Shown: positions 50,301 through 63,032 of the stretch, piece after piece
Layout of the letters: the number at the start of each line of letters is the position of its first letter
How positions within the stretch are numbered: position 1 is the first letter of the stretch
From: Takakia lepidozioides
Taxonomy: Eukaryota > Plantae > Bryophyta
Direction of reading: 5' to 3'
DNA length: 64,000 bases
Assembly: GCA_030704615.1 (NCBI GenBank)
Contig: CM060734.1
Location: 59,334,001-59,398,000, forward strand
Position numbers and translations under genes: made by a program
The notes under the pieces: model-generated
Databases searched by the model: none
What the model saw: the letters and a program-made list of their open reading frames with translations, nothing else
Told to the model about the DNA's origin: nothing

Positions 50301-50832
50301 ACAAGTAGGTGAGTTACATCAGAGTTTCCACATGTTTTCAGTGTGTCTGTTTGCAAATTTTAGCAACATTTTGTTATAGCCTATGCAGGTAAGGCATGAA
50401 CAAAACCTGTAATTGTATGTGTAAAGGGTGTTATTTGTCTACATGTTCATATAGTGATTCAATCATCAGATAGATTCTTTGTCTGCACCATTTAATTGTG
50501 GAAAGAGCACTTGTCAAGCCTGATATCTTCGTGCTTGAGTCTAGCTGACAGACTGCGTTTCATTGATTTCTGTCCAGATTTCATTCTCCTCCGAGGAATT
50601 CCTCGAGCAAATTGAAGGTTCATTTGGCTTTCAACCTGTTTATGTGGGATCCGACAAAGTTACAGGCATCACTTCTCTGACATTTCGCACCAATCTAAAC
50701 ACCTATGGACCATTTGGTGGTGAAGGGGATACCCAATTCAAGACAAATCCAGGAAGGGTAGTGGGTTTGTTTGGGAGATGTGGCCTGAGTCTTGATCAAC
50801 TTGGAGCATTTATCGTCCAAGATGAGACTTGA
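47329..50832 (+). CDS. MLKL/HeLo-like N-terminus + TKL-type pseudokinase + jacalin lectin; exons 47329-48820, 49272-49330, 49903-50100, 50578-50832 (~667 aa)
   Basis: All introns are GT-AG and phase-consistent. N-terminus NKQQCKLL...ELYRVLKAAEALIKDC...WL; kinase has HRN and GFG in place of HRD and DFG; jacalin GPWGG, ITSLTFRTN, YGPFG, GLFGRCGLSLDQLG. Confidence 0.88.
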
Positions 50833-52818
50833 GCAAAATATTGATACAAAATGTTCTTTTGGAGGTCCTTTTTTTTTTTTCCAGAACAGGGGACGAGGTC
50901 TTCAAATCCTGAGAGAGAATCTGGTGCCTGCACCCCAGGACCTCCAGCTTTTTCAACCGATGGTGCTAGGATTCCCCTGATGATCTTTGTTTCCATGGAA
51001 GTTAGGCCTCATAGCTCAAGAGCTAAATCTGGTGCGAAACAACAGACACTAACAGCGCTTGTAGCTGACTCACTGTGAGTCACAAAAGTAAGAATCAAGG
51101 AAACATCACTAGTCAAGACGAGCGGATATTGAAGAGCTGTAGTGGCAAGTCCGTCGGTAGAGAAGAGGAGATAGTGCTCACACACACACTTATCTCTCTC
51201 CTTTCCCATGCCCTTCCTGCCCAGACATCAGTAAGATACCGACAAATCAGTGTGATAATTAATTATAGTTAATAGGTTCACTGCTACCTAATATAGTAGA
51301 GCTAGTTTGCAGGCAGTTTAAGAGTAGGCTCTTCCCAAGATGGTGCCACATCATAGGACCTCTCCCATGCTGCCAAACCATGCAATGCCCAGTTTTGCCA
51401 GAGTCATTTCTTCTCATGTTACTGCCCATCACGCACAATTTCTTCTCTCGTATGGCAGTGGTGGAGCTGTACGCTGCTGTTGAAAGTCTGCTTGAAAGCA
51501 AAGGGATCCCAGTTGAGGTCTTCGGCCACGAAGTCTTCAGCCATAGTGTGCACCACTCTAGCCCTCCTTGAAGACTATAAACACATGAATGCAAACAAAT
51601 ATGATCTGTGTAAATCCTGTTATTAGAGCCTCTTCAGATGTACTTTTTTGTTCTCTCTGCAGACTTGTGATGGTCCTGCACTTGTTTATCCGGTACTCCT
51701 CGGACACTCTCAAGTGTGTGGAAGTACACTGTGAATGATGTCCTTGCACCAATGAAGATCAACAATCAAGACAAATGAAAACCTCCTTATTGTTTGCGTG
51801 TGCAACCAGTGCTCACTACAGTAAACTACAAGTAACTCATCTTTCAGTGTCCAATAGAACGAGCTGTAGGCTATAGCTCACATGTTGCCATGCAAAACTC
51901 CAACTGCTCCGGTTCTCCATTCCAACGTCTTAGAACAATTGCCGTCATTGTAGTTGAGGTACCATACTGGAAATGCAATCCTGATAACGATTCCTCTTTC
52001 CTTACAAAGTAGGCCACCATTTCTATGACATCCTCAACGTAGCAGCTCCCCAGTCAAGAATCTCTATTACAACCCCAAGTGTAAGATGAAACCATCGGGC
52101 AGAGAGACAGGCACTGAGAAATGATAAGACAACCCCAATGTGTGCCGGTCACCCATCTTCTGATGCATAAGGGATTACACAAGTTTGAAAGATGGTTCAC
52201 CCAGTTGTTTCAACATTGTGTCTTCCTTTAATGGCAGTGCTTTTGAGCCAGACTACATTGTAATCAGAAGAGTAGTTCCTAAATTTTACTTGCACTACTA
52301 ACCACCTACTTGGAGATCCAAGAATTTGGTTTCCATGTAGAGAAAACTGGCTTTACGTACATTAGTCAATAGTTATTCAGTACATCAGAATACTGGCACA
52401 GTAACACTAGTCTTACAAGCCAGACTGACATGCCCACTAAACCTCCTCTTACCACCAAATGCTCCTCGACACTAAGAACCAAATTGTGTCCATACTCTCA
52501 AGACTTCCACTTCACCATAGAGTCGACAGACACATCCCCGCAGCCTGCGCAGGCTGGGTTAGTGAGGCCTGCAAACAAGTTCGATTGTCTGATCGAGCAG
52601 TAGGTGAGACAACCAAATCGAGCTATGTGCCCTTAGGTGGTAGAGAACTCAACTGGAAGAACTCCCAAGGACGATGGCGCGCCTACAATCAAAACCCATC
52701 CAGACGTGAAAAACTTTGCATCAAGCGGATGCCTTACTTCATAATATCAACATGACAACTACTCTAGTGAGGAAAACTGCCACTAGAGCCAGTGCCAAAA
52801 GAAGTGGAGTAGAGTAAC

Positions 52819-53539
52819 TCACAGGTTTAAATCCTTCCGGGGAGCTTTTACTTTCAAGTAATTTTTTTTTATGGTGATACTTTCATGATCTGCTATCTCA
52901 TCACCATCAAAATTTGTAATAGGATCTGAATGCAAATATAAAAAATACTGGATGTATGTGTCATGTCTGCTTCTGCGGACAGAAAAGTGTCCACCATCTT
53001 CTATGGGTTTTGTTGTCAAGATTGTATGCACGCCAGCTAAGAACTGTTTCAAAACGATAGGATGACCAGTCTTGTTGATAATGTCTGTTGAGACCACATT
53101 CCCCTGGAATACTCGACGGAGCCTGTAATCAAAGTCCATCCATGTAAACATGTTAGCATAAAGAGGATCACTTGTTTCCATAAAATATCAGCACCACAAC
53201 CAATCACACCAGCAAAACACCTACGCTAGTGCCAACAACAGTGGTGAATAGAGCAACTTACAAACTTGTATCCTCTGGACGTCGAACATGTATTTTCGAG
53301 TAGGTTTTTTTGATGATGATACTTTCATTTTTGGATATGTCATCACCATCAACTTCCACAGCAAGATCTGACTTGACATATAGACTGTACTTGCGGTCCC
53401 TGTCATATGCATTGTGGCGGATGACATAGGTCATGTCATCTTCCAGTGTGGTCAAAGTTATGTACACGCCATCTGAGGATTCTTTCAAATCGATAGGAAG
53501 GCCAGTCCTGTTGAGAATGTTTGTGGTGATCCAGTCCAT
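52819..53539 (-). CDS. Unknown small protein with two tandem ~90-aa beta-rich domains; probable intron 53261-53123; may continue past a GTGAGT donor at 52822
   Basis: TNILNRTGLPIDLK...DGDDISKNESIIIKK versus TDIINKTGHPIVLK...DGDEIADHESITIKK. GTAAGT donor, CTAAC branch site and CAG acceptor join the two in frame. Confidence 0.6.
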
Positions 53540-53821
53540 ACCTAAATATTCCTGCTCTTCAGCACAACGAAAGTTCTTGGGACATCCTGAGAAATTGGAA
53601 CTCAACAATTAATATTATGGGCCAAACAAATGTTTGACAAGATGCATCTTGTCAAAATGTGAAAAGCAATGATTTTCAATATAGAAAAGCACTTGGGCAG
53701 ATAAATGGTGTGCATATTGTCAAAATGTGAAAACCAAGGCTTGTCAGTATAAAAAGCACCTACACATAGAAGAGTGAGCTGGATTTTTCCGAGGTACCTA
53801 TCAAGCCAAGGGGTGTTGCGC

Positions 53822-55174
53822 TCATCCGCTATGGCACAATAATCTCCTGCAATCTAGAAGCACGATTGTAGAGAACACAAGAAGGGCCACTATCGAAAGT
53901 CCGATTGCAAAGCAGCCCTTGAAACCAAGGCGTGCGTTCACCACTTCAGGTTCATCCTTTGCATGCACAGCGAAATCAAACTGATTTCCGTAACTCTTCA
54001 GCGCATCAATCCGTTTCTTCAAAACCTGAAAGACCGACCATACTCCTTTCCTTTGTCATTAGAAGTCGTAGGCACATGTAGACTTGATAAGACCTATTTT
54101 CAGATTGGAGATTTATCATGAGGTGCCTGCCCCCAGAATTCACCACTTCAACTATGAGAAGTTAGTGAAGTTTCGCATGACATACAGTGGTAGCATTGGG
54201 AAAGGGATAACTTGCCAATGTGAGCTGCACATTTCATGTAGTCCTGAATAAAAATGTCACCACACAACTAGCCAATGCAAACAAATGACCTCTTTTCTAG
54301 AAAATCTGTTATCTCAAATAATAATAAAAGCCAAGGCGTTGGACACTACATGAGCTCTACAATCAGATTTCATGCTCAAGAGTTAGAGGTTGGTCAAAAA
54401 ACCGGTTTCGATTATATTTCTCCGAGACAACCTAGGACCATTTACATAGCTTTAACGGATGTTAACCAGGAAATCAACGATTTTGAACACAAGGGAGAGA
54501 GAGTGCACCTTAGAAGCTTTTCGCTCACTCTTAATGCCGTTCCTCCATCTGATGTGATCCAAGATCTTTAGGACGACGCCACCGATGGTCACAATGGACG
54601 CTAAGAGAGAAAGTGAGAAGGGACCCCACCAGTTAGTGCATAGAAGATTGTTTGCTTGGGCGAGAGCTGTGAGCACAACACCTTGAAACACAGTATAGAA
54701 CCCGATCAACTGATATATTTCGGTCTTCACATTGTTACTAAGAGCCTCTTTGCTCTCTATCCTGGAGCGACACTCCTGAAACCTAGTTTCCCATTCGTTC
54801 AATATCAATTTGAGCTCAGGGTTGGCATCAATTTCCCTCAGAACTTTAGCTTGTATTGCACTGGCTGGAAGATCCTTCTTTCTAGTTCTAAGAGCTTGAC
54901 ACACCGTGTCAGCTTCGACAAAGTCTGATTCCTCTATTTCGATGCAAATGTCAACCTTAGAGTTGTTAGACACTACACTTACAGGATAGCCTTTCAAAGA
55001 CTCAAAATCCAAAACTCTTGGGAGCTCCACATGAACGTCTAGCCTCTCCTTGTTCACAGAATTCTGCTCTACCCTCTTAAGAATGCCTTCAAAACCCTGG
55101 AAACGCACAATTGGTAACCGGACAGACGAAGCAGATTCCCTATTGATGTTAGCGCCTTCAACCGTGCTGGACAT
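53822..55174 (-). CDS. Unknown membrane protein (coiled coil + 2 TM + coiled coil + 1 TM); exons 55174-54509 and 54025-53822 (~289 aa)
   Basis: EIYQLIGFYTVFQGVVLTAL, WWGPFSLSLLASIVTIGGVVL, FAIGLSIVALLVFSTIVLL; phase-0 GT-AG intron. Confidence 0.75.
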
Positions 55175-56018
55175 GCTCAATACCTGAGCGCAATCACCGG
55201 CCACTGCCCCACAATCCTCCCTCTTGGCGTGCAAATCTGTAAGCTCCCTGCCCAGCTTTCTCTAGCTCTCTACTCTTGTGGGTCACTCAAAAGGCAGCAG
55301 CACCCGTGTGACACACAAGATACTGTCGGTAATGAGCCCGATGATGTCACCTGAAGCATTATGCTTTTTACTTGCTGTTTTTACTTTGTTAGCTCTGGCT
55401 CTGGTAAAATAGTACGGTCGACCGTACCGGGTCGCTGCATTTATTTTTTTATTTTTTTCGTTCTTCAAAAATCGCCAGAGGCCGCTGGCGTTGAGGGGTT
55501 GAAATCGTCTCACACGGGAAGTTCCGACAGGAGGACGTACCTAACTTAACACCGCTCCCAGGACCCGACACACCCGTGACCCATGCCTATTCTGGGACCA
55601 CGAAAGGACTCGTTGGTATTCTACGCTCACACACGGCAGCTGACTCGGCCCTTCCACTGTATTCGCCCTCCTTCACGGAAGGGCCTCGCACCTGCCCCGT
55701 CCCCAAGTCCCCGCCCCATGGAACGGGAGTACGTGGCATGGAACCCCTGGTCAACCGCGCTTCTCGAACCACGTGGCCCTTGAGATTCGTGGAACAATAT
55801 TGTCCCTGGGATGAGATGTTATCTAGGGTTGATGTGCACCCAGATAATCAGAGGGTGGAAGCACATGAGCAGATTTCTATGCACTGGAAAGGCGCTGCCC
55901 TCCAACTTGCCGGGTGTGCCCTCCGGCCCACCCTTGACCCTTTGAGACCGCTATCTATTTTGGCGGGCCACCCCAAAAATTGTGCATACCTAAACACCTA
56001 CCTAGTACCGATGATCCG

Positions 56019-56042
56019 GGTCGCCTCGTCATTTAGGGTTAA
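56019..56042. mobile_element. Orphan terminus related to the piggyBac-like element
   Basis: ggtcgcctcgtcatttaggg-TTAA versus ggtcgcctcgtccattagggg-TTAA at 23290-23314. The other end was not found. Confidence 0.5.
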
Positions 56043-56387
56043 ACCGCGGAAAGTCCTCGAGCGGGAAATTCTGGTACATACAGAAGCCACCTTCTAAGCT
56101 TTCAGGGACTTCCATGGTCGCGTTTCATCCATTACTTTCCGGTGAAGACCTGAAGTAATTTCTTCCTCGTACGTCTATTGCAGTGGGAAGGATCGAGAGC
56201 ATTGATGCTGCCCCACACATTTGCACATGACTATTAGACTTAGAAGCAGAATCATGGAAATGTTGTGAAACGCACGGCCCTCGATCTTATATTATACTCT
56301 ACCAACGGAGCCCGGCTCTGCCACAGCGAAGCAGGCGACCAGATCGATGCGCTGCTACAGAGCCCTCGTGCCAGTCGGTGGCTTCGA

Positions 56388-56805
56388 GTGGATTCTCCGG
56401 TGCTGCCATTCTTATGAAATTCATGAATGAGACGTTTGCTTGCTGGCATCTCTTGATCGCGTTGCTGCACAGAAATTCTGATAGGGTTCGCAAGAGGTGA
56501 AGCCCTGGTGACGGTCGATGGTTGAGTTTCAGTTTGTCGGGGAACTGTCAAACTAGAGGCAGATCTGAGAGTTTCGAAAGCAGGCCCGTGATATAGGGAG
56601 GCAGTGGATTCTCCGGTGATTCCATTCTGATGAAATTCGTGAATGAGACGTTTGCTTGTTGGCATCCCTTGATCACGTTGCTGCACAGAAATTCTGATAG
56701 GGTGCGCAAGAGGTGAAGCCCTGGTGACTTGCTTTCGACGGTTGGGTTTCAGTTTGTCGGGGAACAGTCAAACTGGAGGGTTTCGAGATCAGGCCCGTGA
56801 TGTAG
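56388..56805. repeat. ~215-bp tandem duplication upstream of kinase copy 2, homologous to the upstream region of copy 1 (~46975-47150)
   Basis: gtggattctccggtg...cacagaaattctgataggg..cgcaagaggtgaagccctggtgac occurs twice. Confidence 0.85.
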
Positions 56806-56970
56806 TGGGAAGAACCCGTCTCTTTGAGTTGTGGCATTCGCAGCTATCAGCACCGTGAATTGGCGGTTCCCAACTCTTCTTCTCAGATTGTAATTATCTC
56901 GTAGCCATTTGTTCTATCGCAGCATGCCTTCTAGGTAGTTATCGGCTCAACGCACTTGAGAACAGAATCC

Positions 56971-59900
56971 ATGGCGGAAAATGTTCTGACTTTATGCAAA
57001 GAGACTATAGATTCAGCCCAGTACCTTACGTCAACCGAGAAAGATTTGCAGATCAACAAGCAACAGTGTAAGTTTCTGGCAAAGAGACTATCGGGAGTCC
57101 AAGCAACATTAGACAAGATCCGGGAACTCTTATCTGATGAAGAAGCAAGTGCAAATAGTTTTCACGATGCAAATGACTGGGAGCAGGCCATGAAAGAGCT
57201 TTGTCGCATACTAAAGGCTGCCGAGGCACTGATCAAGGATTGCTGCTGCAATGGTCGGTGGCTGGATGCAGCGATTAGGTATGGTGACAAGAAGCAAGAT
57301 TTTGCGGAATTGCTACACGGTGTAGACTGGTGTACTTCAATTCTGTGCGGCATTTTTTTCAAGCGGACCTCTAAAGAGACGCGCTACTACATTGATGCAC
57401 GAGGGTGCGAAGGGCAACTCAGCATCACTGATTTCTTCACTCTGGAGGCAGCGGCAAAGGACGACCAAGACAGCCTCAATGCCTCCTTGAAGCGCCTGAG
57501 GGCCGATCATGTTTGCGTGGGGAGCTGCAAGCAACTCAACCAAACTGAGCAATGTCTTGCAATGCAGTTGTTGGGGAGATTGCAATTAGCCCAAGCCTTG
57601 CCACTCAACCGAAGGGACGTGGATACATCTCCGCTCATTTTGTGGGCGAACGCCGAAGAGCTTGATAATGGAATTAAGTTAGGAGAAGGTTCGATGGGGA
57701 AGGTGTATGAAACTGTGTGGCGAGGAGAAAAGTACGCGAAGAAGAAATTCATAGGCACAAAGAGCTCAATGTTCAAGGAAGAGGTGGCTGCTCTAGCAGG
57801 ACTCGATCATCCCCACATTATGCGGCTAGTTTGCTGCTCTCAAGGCAAGCGCGACACCCTCCTGATGGAATTGATGGACAAGGACCTCCATGCCCTCTTG
57901 CATGAAAAATCTACGCCATTTTCGAACCTTCGAGCAGTTGACCTCATGCTGCAAATTGCCGAGGGGATGAAATATTTGCACGCTAGAAGCATTGCTCACC
58001 GTGATCTCAAGTCTCTGAACATTCTGGTCAGATCCATAGATCTTCCAGCTTGTCTAGGAGAAGACAGGCACCTGTACGCAAAGGTAGGTGATTTCGGATT
58101 GTCAAAGATCAAGAATGAGAGTACCAGGTACTCAAATCAAACACTGGATGTAGGTACCAGACAATGGAAGGCGCCGGAGGTTTTCAGTGTGGAGGATGAC
58201 TTAGAAAATCATCCTACCAGGTTTTACCCTCTGAAAACAGATGTTTATAGTTTTGGGATTGTATGTGCTGAGATACTGACAGGAGAGGAGCCATTTGCGA
58301 ACGACTTATATGGAATTCGGAGGAGGGTGAAGGGGGGTGAGAGGCCAAAGCTGCCGGAGAGTTGTCCAGCCAGGTTAGCTTTCTTGATTAAAAACTGTTG
58401 GGATGGCGACCCTCTCCGGAGACCTGATTTCTTACAGATTTGCAGAAAGCTGAGATACATCAAAGAACTCCTTCTGAGAGGTTAGTGACTGCCATCTTCA
58501 GTTCCTGTGAGCATTGCTTTCAGAACTAGATAAGTACTAGCACTATACAAGCTTGCTTAACAAATAGTTCAGTTTAACCTAGAGTCCCATGATATTAACA
58601 TCAGTGAAAATGTCGAGGGCATCTTATATGTATGAGATTGTCCTCTCAACAGTGCTCTTCTTCATACAATCTTAAAGAGGGATGGACAGAGATGTAATGA
58701 AGAGGAGGTTAATGGCCACAAAATCCTGAGGTTTTGGTTCCTCTTCTTGTGTTGCAGTCAGTTATGGTTGAACATTGTCCCCACAGAGAGAAGACGTTGG
58801 CCATGGCCAGTGTAACTAAGTGCCACTTAGCCTTTCAGTTACTGCCCACTTCCGGGGGTTGGCCTTGTCCGTAGAAAATAGTCCAGTCATGAGCTTGCAC
58901 AAAGTTTTCACTATTATCTAGATTTGAAATGAGTACACTAAACCCAAATTAGTGCAACCGTTCTAAATATGTAAGTGTTCTAGGTCAACATCTTGCACCA
59001 GAGTCTTTTTCCTACACCATGCTGTAGGAATGAATGATCAAATGGCAACGGAGACCTTGATCTTCCGTATTTGGACAAACTGTTATTGATGAAACTGACT
59101 TCCTCATGTCCTTCTAATGTCTATGAATACTTGAATATGCAGATGATAAAGTGCAGCTGGAGAAATTGGACGACCATGCTTTTCAAAACAAAGCAGTTCA
59201 GGTTCATAATTACTACGAACATTCTTTGAGTATATTTGCATTGTGTAGTAGTTTGATGAAATCCTTACTTATTGTTTTTTGCGATTTCAGAGTTTAGAGA
59301 GTATGTCAGGACCATATTCTGTTGGGGCATGTCACTTGATTGCCCATTCATTCCACTTGCATTTTATTGTCATTCCTGCTTTTGACGAGGTGCATGCGCA
59401 GCTTCCTCATATCACCAAGTTCTGTATATTGTGGCATTATTTCTTGTCCAAGTCGCTTTGGTGTTTAGTGTCTCTGACTTAGTCATGTAAGAAACTTACA
59501 ATCTGGATTTTGTCAACATAGAGAAAGAAAATAATAGTAACTACACTTTAGAGAACGCTAACATCAGGGTTGTACATTGGTTTATTTTATATCATCAGGT
59601 ACAAGGTCCTTGGGGAGGTGCAGGTGGAAGTGCTTTCTATGATGGTATTGCTACATCCATCAGAGGGTTTGCGCTCAAATTTGACCACTACCCAAGCTCT
59701 CCTTGCATATGGTCTATCGTAGTCACGTACGATGTCAATGGAACAATATTCCAAGAAGGTCATGGTGACCAAAACTATGGCAGCGAATTTGCTGAGGTTT
59801 GATTCTTACCTCCTCACTTCAATTGGAAGGTCTTCCCTAAGCATTCACCTTTCTCATTGACCAAAACCCACTACTCAGCATATCATTTTTCTCCTTTCAT

Positions 59901-61403
59901 TTGATATTTGTAAGTCATTATTTTCTTTTTTCTTTCTATTTTTTAATAAAGGAAACCTGGGAACGAGAGCCCACAATTCAGGCCCTTTTTGAGGAGGGGG
60001 AAAAATTAAACCCCTTTCATCAATGGGCCTTGAGACATACAGGACGAACAACATCCAGACAGATCGCCACGAACAATCCACACAGGGCAAGGGAGGGCGT
60101 GTTTGAACCCTGAACAACCAGTGTGACACACTTTTTTCTTTTTAAAAAAAAATTAAGACAAAGGGGACAGAGGCCCTTTTAATCAAATTAATAAGTAAAG
60201 AAGAATACAGGAGGAAAAAATAACTTCCAGGTGGGCCGTGAAGGCATATCACATGGGGAACTACCCAGACCCTAAGAGATAAGGGGGAACAGGGGGACTG
60301 TGGGAAGAAGAGAGCCTGACCCGGCTGGCAAGGAACGAAGAGAACTCAGAGCCGGATGGGGCGCCAGGAACTAATGAAAACAGGCATCAGTAAAGCTATG
60401 CTGAGCCTTAATCTTAAAAAACCCGATGCCAGCCCTGGCAAGCAGAAAATCACATAGCCTGAAGACCAAGAATGGCTCAAGAGCTGATCTAAACATTGCC
60501 ATTAAAGCTGAGGTGAGCCTTAGCCTTTGGGATTCGGAGCTTGCGATGCTTCCAATTCACCTCCGGTTCCTCAGCATCAGCGGGGGACTTGCCAGCAGTG
60601 AGGGAGGCCATGATGCCAGATAATGGTTTTGGCCAAAGTGCGGGTGCAGAGAATGTTATTCTTGGCCCAGGAGAGGTCGAAATTCGAGCTAAGTTGCTGT
60701 CGAAGACTTTCTCCACACTACGCACTTACTTACCAGCTGAGCTCGATGTGCTTCTTTTCTCTTTTAGAAAAGGAAACTTGGGATGGACAACTTTACAAAA
60801 GAGGGGAAAAGTAACCCCTTTCACCTTAGCCATGAAGCACACACGAGTCATTATTTGTGTACTAATTGATTTTTCTCTTTGTTACAATATTCACAGTTTG
60901 CATATGTCTTGGAGATGTTAGGTGGAAAATATGCGAGGGTATGTACTGATACAAGGCACGAAAAATATCTCTAACCGTATCTACTACGAAGGATGTAGCA
61001 TCTTTTCACGTGCATAATTCTAATCCCCACACCCCCTTTCAAACCTGGGCCCCTTATTATGGGATCATCTTGCATAATAAAGTATTTGCTTGTATCATTT
61101 TATTGTTTGAGTCTAGATTACACACTGATTTTATTGATTTGTATCCAGATTATTTTCTCCCCCATTGAGTTCATTGAGCGAATCGAAGGTTCATTTGGCA
61201 TTCAACCTGTTACTGTTGGACCCGACAGCGTTACAGGTCTTACTTCTCTGACATTTTTCACCAACTTAGACACCTATGGACCATATGGCAATGAAGGGCA
61301 TTCGAATTTCAAAACAGATACTGGAAGGGTGGTGGGTTTGTTTGGGAGATGTGGCATGACTATCGATCAACTTGGAGCATTTATTGTCCAAGATGAAATT
61401 TGA
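56971..61403 (+). CDS. MLKL/HeLo-like N-terminus + intact TKL-type kinase + jacalin lectin; exons 56971-58480, 59143-59201, 59599-59796, 61149-61403 (~673 aa)
   Basis: Exons 2-4 are the same sizes as in the paralogue. GEGSMGKV, AKK, HRDLKSLN, DFG, APE, DVYSFG; jacalin GPWGGAGG...GLFGRCGMTIDQLG. Confidence 0.9.
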
Positions 61404-61968
61404 ACAACTTTTATGTTAAAAGATAATGTAATAAGTACAGTCAAGTCTTAACGTCTTAAGTCTTAACCCTCATTAGATGCTATCATCGGACTTTTGTTAT
61501 ATCGGCTTAAATGAAATGGTTTGAGACATAATATAATACCATAATACCTTAATATAATGTGTCATAATTTAGGACGACATAATATCATATCATATATATA
61601 TTATATATACCGTATATCATTTAGGCTTTGCTTTAAAATACTATATATACTTTAGTATATAATATTAAATGAAACGGTATTATGTCTCCAATTTTGATCG
61701 AAGGATTTGGTTATTCAAATTGTTTCATTATATCTTTCGAAGGGATATTGTGTAAACACCAGTTACATCATCACAGTCAGTCACTTTACACTAATGGTTC
61801 CTTTGCAGTCGTTTAGGGAATTTCGACGATAGTGAGATTCACACACAAAGTATAACAGTCCAACAACATGCTGAAATTGTCGTGTGCATCTCTGGTGATT
61901 ACTCAACCAAAGCCACAAGGGTACGGTATACTTAGCCTTATAAGGCCCGGGCCACACCTAGCCTATAA

Positions 61969-63032
61969 GGCCTGGGCCACACCTGCCGGTTAGCTAACCG
62001 GACAGTTAAGTGACCGGCCGATAGTTAGTTAAGGACTCGGCCACACCTGCCATCTAGTTAACTTGGCACGTCACGGTTAACAAATCGTGCTGCTGCCCGG
62101 TTTTCTTTCCTGCCCGCGCGAACCACTTTCTCTCTCTCAGCCTCCACGGTCCTCCCTGCAATCCTATTTCTTCACTGGTACTTCTCTACTTGGTCACTGG
62201 CATGGACACTTCTCACTGCACCGCACACCTGCATTCCAAAATGGTGTCTTTTTCTTTTCCACATGAGTTACGAAGCTTCCCTGCTCAAGAAAAAGGTGGT
62301 TTTCTCTTGGATCAAAGGCTGATACATGTGTTGTATGCTTCAGTTTCAAGTCTGTGGCACAAGTAGACACTTAATGCTGTGAACATATGTAGGTCTTTAG
62401 CTGAGAGTGCGGGGTGGTTGGTTGTGTGGTACAGACATATGTGCAGCAGCTTGAATCAAGTGGCATCAAGTTGAATAAACTTGAGCAAGAAGTAGCTTAA
62501 GTTTAGGGGGTTGGATGTCATGGCAGTCGGCCCAGGCAGGTAAAGGACGTGCACATCAAGAGGAGGTTGTGCGGACTCTCACTAACATGCTGGAAACTGG
62601 AAATGTGCGTTTCTCCTTTACATTAATGAAGCTGTTGTGATAATCACAATGTGAATGCTCCTGCTTAATTTTAGTCAATGCCAAGGCCTGGGCCTCTCCA
62701 ATGGACCTTGGTACACACTTCCTTTGCTCTCCCCTCTGCACTCTATGCCATCGCGAGCGCCTGCCCTGCAAGAACCTCTCTACTCTCCCCGCCATCGCGA
62801 GCATCTGGCACCTGCAAAACCTCTCCGCCACTGCCCAATTTTTAATTGTTGACCGAGATTTAACACCTCCACGGAGAAGGTGTTTCACCCACTCCCCCTT
62901 ACAGCGTTTAACAGTTGTTATTCGGTCTGTTATCTAACCGGCTTCTAAATCGGCGTGTGCGGCTGTCTCCCTGCCGCTAACGTTCATTACCTAACTTGAT
63001 TGACGTACTAATTGGCAGGTGCGGCCGGGGCC
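61969..63032. mobile_element. PIF/Harbinger-like non-autonomous element
   Basis: TIRs GGCCTGGGCCACACCTGCC / (revcomp) GGCCCCGGCCGCACCTGCC, flanked by TAA and TTA; left end duplicated at 61944. Traces FHMSYEA (+) and KNWAVAE (-). Confidence 0.7.

Noticed and set aside
59920-60720. Poly-T-headed inserts in kinase 2 intron 3 (also 50868-51070) as antisense retroposon tails
   Set aside because: Plausible, but no TSD or diagnostic motif could be confirmed.
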